Shown here: positions 25,699 to 38,340 of the stretch, one piece after another
Layout of the letters: each line of letters starts with the position of its first letter
Numbering within the stretch: the stretch's first letter is position 1
NCBI RefSeq assembly: GCF_009914755.1
Contig: NC_060935.1
Length of the DNA: 64,000 nt
Reading direction: 5' to 3' (one strand)
Source: the human T2T-CHM13v2.0 reference genome, Homo sapiens
The notes under the pieces: model-generated
The model's input: only the letters and a program-made list of their open reading frames with translations
Told to the model about the DNA's origin: nothing
The model's database searches: none
Program-made: the position numbers and the translations under genes

Positions 25699-26233
25699 TG
25701 TGATCAGAGAGATCAAAATAGACACTGCTTTATCAGCTCAGACAGGCCCTAATGTTATGAAAACAAAGTTACCTGTCTTTCAAGTGGTCAGGGTCCGACT
25801 GGCATGGCAAATTTCTAGATTCCTATAGTTCTAAAATCTCTAATAACAAGAACTATCAGACCCCTCCTAACTCTGATTTACAACCCAGATCATTACAACT
25901 CTGACTGGATAGGGGACTGGCCTTGAAAACATTATTTTCTGATAAACAACTGCACACCTTAAGCCAGTTTCAGCAGCTTATAGAGGCTGACCTCTTTTGA
26001 CATAAAGAGCCAAATCCCACCTCATTTTAATGCTAAAACCCTGCCTCAAAGTGAACATGGAGTATATGTTCCATATATGCTTACCTACTGTGCATGCACT
26101 CGGCTGCCTCATAAATAGGCACAGCTTCCCCCCAAAACCTGTGCAGGAGACTCTCTTTCTGATTTGCAAACTGATATCTCAAATAAAGCTTGCCTCCCTG
26201 TCACTTAGCTATCCTAGTGGTCTTTGAATGACA
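25699..26233 (+). mobile_element. ERV1 solo LTR (MER39/MER34-like)
   Basis: TG...CA termini, near-match 4-bp TSD ttac/tcac, AATAAA near the 3' end, ggcatggcaaatttctag motif. Confidence 0.7.
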
Positions 26234-26899
26234 TCACCTAGCTCCCAGGTTGCGGTTTTGACTGACAGGCCCTCTCTCCTGTTGGAGTCTGAGCTTCTGG
26301 GGCAGATGATGGGTGTACTCAGTGCTGGCTGGTGGTGATTAGTACAAGGACTACCACATTATGGGCGCCCATTTTGTGAAATAAAGGAACAAATGAGAGA
26401 AAGAGCTATGAATAAAAGCCAGACCTTGATTCTGCATCCAAATGTCCCCTCATCAGAGAACGCTGTGTCTCTCTGAATCATTTTACTTGGTTATAAAAGT
26501 ACAATGGGAGGAAGCCCCTTTATTTCTTTGCTTTTTGTTTTGTTTTGTTTTCATTTGCTTTAAAATAGGGCTTTGCAATTGTAGCGTATTCCATCTTTAC
26601 AATATTAAAATGCAGGGCATTGTTTTACGGAGAGAGACAATTACTGCTACCTGTGTTCTGTATTGAAACCACTTATTCCACCTTCTTGTTCTCCACTGCC
26701 AAAGAGAAAAAAAAAAGTGCTGAGGGAGTATGGAATTCAGAGAATTAAAATACACTTTGATCTATTTTTATTGTAAATACTTCATTATGTTGAGAACTTT
26801 AACCACATCTCCACATCTTTCAAAGTCAACTGAATTCTGAGAAAAAAAGTGTAAAGACTAAAGTAATTAAGGCTTTTCCTCATCCCCATCCTGGCTCCA

Positions 26900-27780
26900 A
26901 GGAGTCCGCTCTCCCCACCCCCATTTCCATGAAAAAGGGTGGGGCCATTCCTATAAGTTTTTCTTTCCAGTCTCGTCTTTTTGCTGCGCCATTTCCATAG
27001 GTTCCTTTAAGAAGGCCAAGTGACCTCTTTGCTGGCTTGGGAAGTGTGAAGGAGAAGCAGGCCAGGATGGAAGGGCGGAGAGGGGGTGGCGGAGGGGATG
27101 GGCGGCCCCCACCTGCGGCCCCCAGGAGGGACGCGGCCCTGGTGAGTGAAGTGGAAACCTTCCTGGAGCGTCACATTCAGCTGAGTGCAAGGGTGGCTCC
27201 CGCAGCCCCTGCCTGTCCATTGTGTTTGTCTCCAGTCCATGGAGTTTTCATTATTCATTATTCGCCGGGCCCGGGCAGCACAGCAGCGCCCGTGTCTGTC
27301 TAATCCCCACCTGATAATGTGTTTCTGATAAGCATGACGGAGCCCAGTGCTCCTGACAGGACTCACATTTCCAGCCGGATAGAGCGCCATTTACATGAGG
27401 CAGGCACTGTGAATTCAGATCAGGGCGATACGGGCAGCGGCGGGCTCTGCTGGTGCTGGCTGGGGACTATCGACTGGGGTCCGGGGCGCCTCCGGCCCCA
27501 TCATTCTCCCCACTCCTCCTAGACAGATGGGCCCTGGGCCGCTTGCGTGTTGGCAGAAGGGGGACCGATGGGGATCTGCTGCCTGTGGGGTCTTGCCTGC
27601 CCTGACCCAGTGCTGCCCTTCCCGGGACCCCCAGTAGATGAGCCTGTGGTACCGGCATGGGACGACCACCGCCTTAAATCTGAGGGGAGTAGGGACATGC
27701 ATTGTGCCTTTCTCAAGGTCGGAATCCATCCGCAGAAATAACAAGCCCTTTAATTCCAACTCGTAGTCTTGTTTATGCAT
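26900..27780. promoter_or_regulatory. Orphan CpG/GC-rich element (candidate enhancer or lncRNA promoter)
   Basis: About 35 CpG in ~830 bp by hand count against a CpG-poor background; GGGCGG boxes, G4 motif, GATA pair, CTG|GTGAGT donor at 27141/27142. Confidence 0.6.
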
Positions 27781-28099
27781 ATATTTTATTGCCCAGTAAA
27801 ATATTTAAATGGCTTCCTCACCAAATATTAAAAGCGGTTGCAGGGCAGGAACCTCTTAAGGCCTCTGATTCTGTCCCCTTCTCCTTAAAGCCAAAGAGAA
27901 TGTGTCTGATGAGTCTGTGAATTCTTCAGCACCTTTTGTGAAAGAGGCAGGATTAGCACCAACTAGGGGGCCAGAGAGATACAATCCCTTGAGATGATTT
28001 GAGGGTGTCTAATGCTCTTTGGAGCTGAGGCCAATTCTACCTTTCTAACTTAGACATAGCTTGAAAAAGGGACCCTTTCTGAGGGTATGTGCAATTGTC

Positions 28100-28760
28100 A
28101 GCTCAGTCTTGGAAGCACACACCCATGATGCCACTGTCGTCTCCTAATATGTCTCAAGTCTGTCCCCCATCTCTCCCATGGGACTACTGCCCTAGGCCCG
28201 GTCCTCTTCATCTCCTGCTGAGTTCGCACTAACGATTTCCTACCTAAGTGTCCTGGCTTCAGATTTCACCCATCACACTCTACCTCCTGCAACCTATGCA
28301 GCGTCCAGGTGGCATGGGTCTGGCTGCATCTCCAGCTGCTGCTTCATTCCCTGCCGTGACCCCCATGCCCGTGGGGTAAAGACGGCTACTGCCCAAGCCA
28401 CCCAAGGTGCTCAGGCACCAGTTTCCACTCATGCCTCATCTTCTAACTGTGGATAATTCTTTTCTATTGCTCTTAATAATCACACTTTCTTTGAAATCCT
28501 CCTACCTCCACCGTGTTGTTTCCAACCGCGTGCCCTTGTTAGCCCCCTCCCAATTCCCACTTGCCAGTTGCCTCCCAGGTAAACTCCTTAACATGGGAGC
28601 TAGAGTCGAGTTAGCATTTCACTCCTATTCTACCATAATACACTGAGCATATTTCAGCATGGCACTTATCACCTTTTATTCTGAGGCTCTCTTTAAGAAT
28701 CTGTTTCTGATAGAACAGGATTTTGTGTACACTGAACATCTGCAGGGCGCAGGGCAAAAG
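28100..28760 (+). mobile_element. Degenerate L2 fragments
   Basis: Pyrimidine-rich L2-like blocks ending gtacactgaacatctgcagggc. Confidence 0.45.
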
Positions 28761-29139
28761 TTCAAAGGGAGTTCCAGCTGCCGGGCCTAAAGATTTAGAA
28801 GTTATAAATCAATCTATCCAATTGTTAGTTAAAATATATGTTATGTTAATACCTGGACAAATATTTTTTCTAATGACCTACAAGCCTAGGTTCAGATTTG
28901 GAATCCTTGGATACCTCAGGGTTCCTCACTGGAAGATAATGGGACCAGGCGAGCTTTCCTGCTTTCCTGCTTCCTGGCTCCCTCCCCATCTCCCTCTAAC
29001 CCCCGAATCCATCTTGCTCTGTGAAGGAACTTTGTGTACATGAATGGACACCACAAGCCACACATCCAGGCTCTTCCCAGAACCCCTGCAAATAACCACC
29101 TCCTACACATGAATATCATATGTACAATACCCATACAAA

Positions 29140-29660
29140 GATGTGACTACCATATCCTTTCTAAGAGTAAATAACTGGAAACATACTAAATGCCATTGCT
29201 AGGGGAAAGGATATGTAAGTTTTGTATATTCAAACAATGCACTTTATACAACTTAAAATGAGTGAACCCAATTTGACCTATCAACCTAACAAAAACATGA
29301 AAATATCATGAGTAAAAAAAAAAAAAGAAACTATAAAAGATATGTACAGTGATGCCAGCTGAATGTGATATATTATTTATGGTCCCATAAATGTATAGAA
29401 AAATAATAAAAACGTGAGTGAAACTGACATATACCAAATTTAGAAGAGTGGTAAACTCTGGAACTGAATGGGTATGGCAAGAGCTTCATTGGTACCTATT
29501 CATATACGTATACACACACACACACAGACACACACACACACACATTCAAAGATCCGAGGTTAACATTTCAAATATCTTGTTGAGTACATGGGTGTTAGCT
29601 GTTGTACATTTCATACGTTTGAATTTTTCTTATCTTTTAAATATCCCCAAATTTTTAATT
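29140..29660 (+). mobile_element. Old L1 (L1ME-like) 3' fragment with (CA)n
   Basis: aactggaaacatactaaatgcca...gtatattcaaacaatg. Confidence 0.6.
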
Positions 29661-30157
29661 TTTAGTGATGTTTGAATTTGTATACTTGTACTGGAGAAGA
29701 CTTTAAATGAATAGAAATTCTGGAGTTTTTGTTTGTTTCTCTTTATTGGACTAGCTTTATTAAGACATTTCAAATACCATATAATTTACCCATTCAAAGA
29801 GTATAAAATACAATGTTTCCTAATATATTCACAGAAGTATACACCCATTGCCACAATAAGTTTTAGAACATTTCCATATTCCCAAAGTGAAATCTCATGC
29901 CATTGGGCATGGCACTTAAAACGAACGAGCCAAATTTAACCTATCATTTAACTCCCCATATGTCCCCAAGTCTCTGCACTCCTACTCCCTGCCTGCCCTA
30001 GGAAGCCATGTATCTACTGTCTGTGTCTATAGATTTGGAAATTCCACATATTCCATATTTAATTTCATGTAAAGGGAGTCCTACAATAGCATGTTTTTGT
30101 GACTAGTCTCTTTCACTTAACATACTGCTTGCAAAGTCCATCCACGCTCCACTTCAT

Positions 30158-30296
30158 GAGCTAGGTGCTATTATGATTTCCACTTACAGATGAGAAAATT
30201 GGGTCTGAGGCTATATTTAGATTAATAATGGCATTGAACTGACTTAGCCCAGGTCTGCCTAAGTTGTAAGCTTGTGCTTATAACCCTTGTACGACA
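30158..30296 (-). mobile_element. MIR fragment inside the L1MB
   Basis: taggtgctattatgatttccacttacagatgagaaaattg...cccaggtctgcct. Confidence 0.65.
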
Positions 30297-30630
30297 CAGT
30301 CGGCCTTCTATATCTGTGAGCTCCACATCCATGGATTCAACCAAGCTCAGATGGAAAACATGTTTTTTAATTGCATCTGCCCTGAACATGTACAGACTTA
30401 TTTTCTTGTCATAGGTCCCTAAACAATACAGTTTATAAGCTATTTCCATAGCATCTACATTGTATCAGGTACTATGAGTTATCTAGAGATGACTTAAGGT
30501 ATATAGGAGGATGTGTGTAGGTTATATGCAAGTACTATGCCATTTTATATCAAGAACTTGAGCATTCCCAGAGTTTGGTATCTGCATGAGGTTCCAGAAT
30601 CAATTCTCCATGGATACCAAGAGACAAATG
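30297..30630 (-). mobile_element. MER2 (TcMar-Tigger non-autonomous element), full length
   Basis: TIR-like ends cagtcggccttctatatc and gataccaagagacaaatg; internal tctagagatgacttaaggtata. Confidence 0.85.
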
Positions 30631-30969
30631 CACTTCATTTATTTTTGGCTAAATAATATTTGATTGTATTAATATACCAAAGGTTATTCATCAATTTATC
30701 AATTGATGGTCATTTAAGTTGTCTCCACTTTTGACTATGATAACTAATGCTGCTGGGAACATTTGCGCATAAGTTTTTGTGTAGATATATGTTTTTATTT
30801 CTCTTGAAAATATACCTGGACACAGAATTGATAAGCGTGATAACTTTATGTTTAATCTTTTGAAGACCTGCCAGATTGTTTTCCAAAAACAACTTTGCAC
30901 CACTACCGGCAGAATAGGAGAATTCAAATTTCTCAGCATTCTCACTAACACTTATTATTATCCACTTTT

Positions 30970-31235
30970 CTTCTTTCTTTTTTTTTTTTTTTTTTTTTTT
31001 TTTGATACGGAGCCTCGCTCTGTCACCCAGTCTGGAGTGCAGTGGCACGATCTCGGCTCACTGCAAGCTCCGCCTCCCGGGTTCATGCCGTTCTCCTGCC
31101 TCGGCCTCCCTCCTGAGTAGCTGGGACTACAGGCGCCAGCCGCCACGCCCGGCTAATTTTTTGTATTTTTTAGTAGAGACGGGGTTTCACTGTATTAGCC
31201 AGGATGGTCTCAATCTCCTGACCTCGTGATCTGCC
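30970..31235 (-). mobile_element. AluY, 5'-truncated
   Basis: ctgcaagctccgcctcccgggttca and tgtattagccaggatggtctc; ends at gatctgcc, no TSD visible. Confidence 0.92.
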
Positions 31236-32479
31236 GTGATAGTGAGTGTGAAATGGTATCGTATTCTTTGTTTAATGGCTAATGTGAGGATCTTTTCAGG
31301 TGTTTATTAGTCATTTGTACATCTTTGGACAAATATCTATTCAAATCCTTTGCCCATTTTTAAAATGGGCTATTTGATTCTTATTGAGATTCAAGGATTA
31401 TTTATACACTCTAGATAAAAATCTCTTAACAAATATATGATTTGCAAATATTTTCTCTCACTCTGGGTTTTATTTTCACCTTTTTAATAGTTGTCCTTTG
31501 GAGCACAAAAGTTGTTAAATTTGATTAAATCCAACTTACCTTTTTCTTTTGTCACTTGTGTTTTCAATGTCATATATAAGAAAGTTTTACCCACCCAGTC
31601 TCAGGAAGATTTACTTCTGTATTTTCTTATAGGAATTTTATAATTTCAGCTCATACATGCAGGTCTGTGATCCATGTTGGATTAATTTTGGTGTATGGTG
31701 TAAGAAAAAGTTCCAACTTCATTATTTGCATGTGCATATCCATTTGTCCCCATCCCATTTTTTGTAAAGACAATTCCTTCTCCAATTGAATTGTTTTGGC
31801 AGCCTTGTCAAATGCCAATTAACTTTAAAAGTGAGTATTTATTGCTGAACTCAAAATCCTATTCTATTAATCTAGAAGCACACCTCAGAAATCCTGTAGG
31901 TTCAGTTCCAGACCACCTCAATAAAGTGAGTTTCACTATAAAGCGAGTCATATAAACATTTCCGTTTTCCAGTGCAAATAAACATTATGTTTATAAATAT
32001 TTTGGTTTTCCAGTGCAAATAAAATTTATGTTTATATTATACTGTAATCTGTTATATGGGCCATAATAGTATGCCTAACAATGTACATGCCTTAATTTAA
32101 AAATACTTTATTGATCTCTATCAATGGGTCAGTAGAAAAGAAAACATAAATAAGTTAAAAAATAAAAATATTCTATTGTTAAAAAATACTAACAATCATC
32201 CAAGCTTTCAGGAAGTCATAATCTTTTTGCTGATGAAGAGTCTTTCATGATGTTGATGGCTGCTGACTGATCAGGGTGGTGGTTGCTGAAGGTTGGGGTG
32301 GCTGTGGCAATTTCTTAAAATTAGACAGCAATGAAGTTGGCCACGTTGATTGACTCTTCCTTTCATAAAAGACCTCTCTAGCATGGGATGCTGTTTGATA
32401 GCATTTTACTCTCAATAGAACTTTCAAAATTGGAGTCAGTCCTCTCAAACCCTGCCGCTGATTTATTAACTAAAATTAT

Positions 32480-32783
32480 TTTTATTTTTGTTTTATTTAT
32501 GTATTTATTTTTGAGACAGTCTTTCTTATGATCTCGGTTCGGCATGATCTCGGCTCACCGCAACCTCCGCCTCAGGGAGTCAAGCGATTCTCCTGCCTCA
32601 GCCTCTCAAGTAGCTGTGACTACAGGCATGCACCACCATAGCTGGCTAATTTTTGTATTTTTGGTAGAGATGGGGTTTTACCATGTTGGCAAGACTGGTC
32701 TTGAACTCCTGACCTGAAGTGATCCACCCGCCTCAGCCTCCCAAAGTGCTGGGATTACAGGCATGAGCCATGGCACCCAGCCC
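32480..32783 (-). mobile_element. AluS nested in Tigger1
   Basis: Exact 15-bp TSD attaactaaaattat at 32465-32479 and 32785-32799. Confidence 0.95.
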
Positions 32784-33216
32784 AATTAACTAAAATTATG
32801 TAATACTTCAATCCTTTGCTGTCATTTCAACAATATTCCCAGCATCATCACCAGGAGTAGATTCTATCTCAAGAAACCACTTTAGTTGCTAAGTCATAAG
32901 AAGCAACTCCTCCTTCATTAAGACTGTATTATGAAATTGCAGCAATTCAGTCACATCATCAGGCTCCATTTCTAATTCTAGTTCTCTTGCTGTTTCAGCA
33001 CATTTGCAGTTACTTTCTCCATTGAAGTCTTAAACCCCTCAAGAGTTGGAATAGACTTCCAAGCTTCTGTTAATGTTGATATTTTGACCTCCTTTCATGA
33101 ATTACAAACGTTCTTTATGGGATCTAGCAAGGCAAATTATTTTCTGAAGGTGTTCAATTTACTTTGCCACATTCATCAGAGCAATCTCTATCTATGGCAG
33201 CAGAATGGGTGTTTTG

Positions 33217-33608
33217 TTAACAGGCATGAAAACAATATTCCTCTCCTTGTACATCTCCATCAGAGCTCTTGGGTAGATTGTCAAAGAACAGTGATAATTT
33301 GAAGTGAATCGTTTTTTCTGAGTAGCAAGTCTCAACTGTGGGTTCAAAATATGCAGTCAATCGTACTGTAAACAGATGTGCTGTCATCCAGGCTCTGTTG
33401 TTCCATTTGTAGAGCACGGGCAGAGTAGATTTAGCATAAATCTTAAGGGTCCTAGGACTTTCAGAATGACAAATGGCTTCAACTTGTGGTCACCAGCTGC
33501 ATTAGCCCCTAACAAGAGAGTCAGCCTGTTCTTTGAAGTTTTGAAGCCAGGCATTGACTTCTCCTCTCTAGCTATGAAAGTCCTACATGGCATCTTCTTC
33601 CAATACAA
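33217..33608 (-). pseudogene. Disrupted Tigger1 transposase (DDE domain) remnant
   Basis: [39 protein letters not shown], then frameshifted [14 protein letters not shown]; typical Tigger1/TIGD1-like transposase, no intact ORF. Confidence 0.9.
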
Positions 33609-36179
33609 AGCTTTTTCATCTACATTGAAAATCTCTTGTTGAGTGCAGCCGCCTTTACCAGTGATCTTAGCTAGATCTCTGGATAACTTGCTGCAGCTTC
33701 TATGTGAGCTCTTGCTCCTTCACCTTGCACATTTATGGAGATGGTTTCTTTCCTTAAATCTCATGAACCAACTTCTGCTAGCTTCAAACACTTCTTCTAC
33801 AGCTTCCTCACCTCCCTCAGACTTTAGAATTGAGGAGAATTAGGGTCTTATGGAGAAGGAAGGAGATGAGGGAACTGTGGAACAGTTCAGAGCACACACA
33901 CTATTTACTAAGTTTGCCCTTTTATAGGGGTGTGGTTTATGGCACTCTAAAACAATCACAATAGTCACATCAAAGATCACTGATTACAGATCTCCATAAC
34001 AGATCCAATAGTAATGACAAAGTTTGAAATATTGTGAGAATTAATAATATGTGGCACCGAGACATTAAGCGAGCACATACTGTTGAAAAGAAAAATGGTG
34101 GTCATAGGCTTGCTCAATGCAGGGTTGCCACAGATCTTCTACTTGTAAAAAAAAAAATGTGATATCTGCAAAGCTCAGTAAAATGAAGGATGCCTGTTTA
34201 TGTCTGTTCTTATGCCAGTATGACTTTGTCTTCACTACTACAATATTGCATTAAGTTTTAAAATTGGATAGTGTGATTCCTCCAACTTAGTCACTTGTAA
34301 AGTTCATTTCGGCTATTCTGGGCCCCTTATATTTCTGTGTGAACATTATTATCAGCTTGTCAAATTCAGAAAATAAGTCAGCTGGGATTTCAATAAGAAC
34401 TTATTAAATCTTGACCAATTTGGTAACTATTGCCTTTTTAACAATATTAAGTCTTTCATTATATGAACATTGGATGTCTTTCCATTTATATAGGTCTTCT
34501 TTAATTTCTTTCAATAATGTTTTGTAGATATCAGAGCATAAGTTTTCACTTCTTTTATTGTGTTTATTACTAAGTATTTTGTATGTAATTGTACATGAAA
34601 CTGCCTTTTAAATTTTATTTTTGGATTGCTCATTGCAATTGCTAGTATGCAATTGATTTACATATTGACTTATCCTGCAACCTTGCTTAACTCTTTTAGC
34701 AGTTCTAATCAAACTTTTAATGGATTACTTAGGATTTTCTATATACAATGTCATGTTATTTACAAAAAGATACTTTCCTTCTAATCTGAATTTTTAAATT
34801 TGTTTATGTTTGTTTGTTTGTTTTTACTAATTTCTTTAGCTAGAACCCATAGCACCTTGTTGAATGGAGGTGGTGAGAGTGGACATCCTCATCTTGTTTC
34901 TGGATTTAGGGGAAAAGCCTTCAGCATTTCACCATGAAGTATGATGCAAGTTGTAGATTTTTTACATATTCCCTTTATCAAGTTGAGAAGGTCCCTTCTA
35001 GTCTAATTTCTTGAGTGTTTTTATTATAAAGTGCTGTTGGGTTTTGTCAAATGTTTTGCCTTACTAATGAAATGATTAAATAGATTTTGTCTATTACTCT
35101 ATTAAAATGGTGGATTACATTAATTGATTTTAAGACGTTTACCTTTCATGCTTGGGACAAATTGTATTTAGTCATGATGTATAATCCTTTTTTATATATC
35201 ACTGTATTTCACTTGGTTGCATTTTTAAAAGTTTCTGATCTAATACCCATAAAATATTTTCCTGTAGTTTTTTACATGTGATGTACTTGCCTTTTTTGGT
35301 GTTAGAGTAATAATTACATGATAGAATAAGTTGGAAAGTATTCTCTGATCTTCCATTTTATAAAAAAGCTTGTGAAGAATTGATATTATTTCTCCTTTAA
35401 ATGAAACAATTCACCAGTAAAGCCACCGGGGCATGGGCTTTTCCCTATGGATAGTTTTTAGATTACTAATTCAACTTATTTACTTTGTATAGGTCTACTC
35501 AAATTTTTAATTTCTTCTTTAGTCAGTTTTTGCAGTGTGCATCTTTCTGGGAATTTGCCCATTTAACCTGTTATCTATTTTGTAGGCATACAGTTATTCA
35601 TTATAGTTTCTTATAATCCTGTTATTTCTGTAAGGTAAGTAGTAATATACCTTCTTTCATTTCTGATTTTGGTAATTTGAGTCTTCTCTTTCCCAGTCTA
35701 GCTAAAGGCTTGTCAATTTTGTTGATATTTTTAAAGAACCAATTGGTACTTTTATTTTAGAAATAATTTTGACACAGACTTCCATTTTATGACTTTTTTA
35801 CCAGCACTGTGAAAGATCCTACAGACTCATGCCTGGAGAGAATACAAGGTCTTCCAGAATGGTATACCAGCCCTCTCAACATCTCACTACACACCAGAAT
35901 GAGATGGAACCAATTCCAGGTATATTTAAATAAAACAAATGCTAAGTCATCTATTTCTTTCTATAATTCTAAGAAACTTTTCAAACCAAACAAATAAATT
36001 GCATTGAATATTAGTACTAAAAGAAATCTCTGAAACTATTATTTTAAACTGCTTTTGACAGAGAAGAAACTGAGATGGGTATATAAATTTATTTTATCTT
36101 GAGCTTTTCCATTTTTGTGTTTAAAATCGCTTCTACCTGCTTATGCCTCTCAGGTTAAGTCTCAGTCTATTCTCCGAGC

Positions 36180-36990
36180 TCTAGGCTCATGAATTCAGGA
36201 AATCTTTATTGAGTGCTATTATGTGCCATACAGTATTCTATGTGCTTATTATGAAAGATAATGTCTGCCCTCAAAGCAATTACATTTTGAATTAAATCAA
36301 ATTTTCGACTTTGAACATTCCTCTTTAGATGTTTCTGAGGCATTTCAAAACTAATATTTCCCAAATGCTGCTCTTGATTTCTCTCCCACCAGAATTGTCA
36401 TCTCCCCCCACCACCCTCATCATCCCGAACCCAGCCTTCACCATCTAAGTAAATAGCACCAACAGTCATGAAGTTCAAGCCAAAATCATTTTGGGCTACT
36501 CCCTTTTCTTTTTGACCATCAGAAAATCTTATGCTTCTGACTCAAACTGTTACCTCGAATAAGTTCTCTTCTTTGCACCTTCATTAGCACAAACCGTCAC
36601 CATCTCTACCCTCTTAACTCTTTCTCCTCCTTCCCCCAGCACACAGTCCATTTTTTACCCAGGATCTGAAGTGAGCTTTACTTAAGGAAAACCAGATCAT
36701 GCCAACCCTTCCCCACAAGCATTTCCGTGGCTTCTTATTGTACTTAACATCAACTCTGAAGTCCCTGAACAGACTTGGTTACTCGGCCCTTGCTTGCCTA
36801 TCCAGCTGCATCATGAATCACCCTTTGCTCAGCCTGGTCTATGCTCACTAGCCTTCTGGTACTCCATCAACGTTGGTTCAAGACATGAATGGAGAACAAA
36901 TCCTTAAAGATTTCTTAGAAACAATTTCTGACACCTTCTTTGTGATCCAGTTACAACATCTCTCCCTTTTAGAGAGGTTTTTCTGAACTA
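36180..36990. mobile_element. L2 fragments in both orientations
   Basis: tttattgagtgctattatgtgcca (minus-strand 3' end), then a plus-strand L2 body. Confidence 0.55.
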
Positions 36991-38104
36991 CAAATTCTGA
37001 ACATAACAAATACCAACAGCAGAAATATGCAAAAAAAAATTAGAAAATACTGTACCACAGAATATTCACTGGACGACTCTAGGCATTAGATGTGATTTCA
37101 GTGAAGGGTCTATGTTCCTATCCTGAGTACCAGAAAAGTGCGTGAAGTCAAAGCCATGTCAGAGATTAAATTTTCTCCAGTTTCCAGGCCCATAGTAGAG
37201 CAAAAATCCCTGAATTTCCTCTAGAAATGAAGTCTGATTTCTGTAGGTAGATGGGAAAAGAAAGAAAGGGGTCTTTGAAGCAATTTATTGTGCTATTCCC
37301 CATCCTCTTTGGAAAATTAAATGCTTTTTTCTTCCTAGTACTTAGACTTCACTTAGAATTAAAGGTAGAAAAATAAGAACCATAACTTCTTTCTTCAGAT
37401 GATCATAACTGCTTGATAGAAGGTCTTTAACAAGCTCCCACTCTAACAAGCAACTGTCGTTTTCATGTTTTGGAATGGTTTAATCCTGGACACGATAACA
37501 TCCTCAAAAAGCAAGTGCATTAAGCTGTGACAGGTTTCCACTGACCTAAGCAAATGCATTAGGAAAACGCCATTAGCAGCTCCCTCTCTTCATCTGTTCT
37601 CCCCTCCTCCTCCCCACCAGTAAAAGCTATGCTCAATACTACTATTAAATTACCCTTAGAAATACGCTCCTTGAAGAAAATCAATGCACATGTGTTTTAG
37701 CACTTGTCACAGATAGATCAAATGGCCATTCTAGCATATATTATTCCACCCAAAGCTTTCAATTTTAAACGAGCTTCTTTTGGTGGCACATTTTATGAGC
37801 TCACATCCAAACTAAGAAAAAGAATACAGTGGGTAAGGATGGGGATAAAAATAAGAATGAATCCCACTACCATTCCCACCACTTTTTCTGCACCTCTGTA
37901 GTACTTAATGGTGAATATTAAAACCTCCTGGTGGAATGAGGTAAAATTGATGGGACATGGTGGGAGGGAACCAGAGGCCTAAAGCCCAAACTCACTATGA
38001 TTCAACTTGGAATACTCGGAACACTCATCCTTCACTAATGAGCGAGGATGTGCTCCTTCTTGTGATCATTTCCCCTTGCTTAGTCACTACCCACTTTCCA
38101 CCAG

Positions 38105-38340
38105 AAGGTAGCATAGTATAGTTGTTAAGGTATAGGAGCTAAAACTACCTAGTGACTCAATAACTTTATAGATATATAAACTTAGGCATTCAATTAATCT
38201 GTGTGTCAATTTTTCTACTTAAAAATAGGGATAGTACCTAAATTAGAGTGCTGTTGTAAGAATTAAATGAGTTTAATATGTAAGGCATTCAAAACAATGC
38301 TTGGCATATAGTAAGCCATGCTCACTATTAACTGTTCTTA
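38105..38340 (+). mobile_element. MIR, near full length
   Basis: gcatagtatagttgttaag...gttgtaagaattaaatgag...tgcttggcatatagtaag. Confidence 0.75.

Larger units (their letters stand above)
31875..34196 (-). mobile_element. Tigger1 DNA transposon with both termini, internally deleted
   Basis: Left end gaagcacacctcagaaat...ccagaccac after TA, right end gaaggatgcctg; transposase remnants on the minus strand. Confidence 0.9.
29735..35745 (-). mobile_element. L1MB-type element (ORF2 3' part and 3' UTR) hosting MIR, MER2, AluY and Tigger1
   Basis: Antisense L1 continues across each insertion, e.g. ttttgaagacctgccagattgttttccaaa and gtggtgagagtggacatcctc. Confidence 0.85.

Noticed and set aside
26951-27780. 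Stack of overlapping ORFs on both strands
   Set aside because: Expected from stop-codon scarcity in GC-rich DNA; no homology recognised
33217-33608. TIGD1-like coding sequence
   Set aside because: Frameshifted fragments within a TIR-bounded Tigger1 copy; not a domesticated gene
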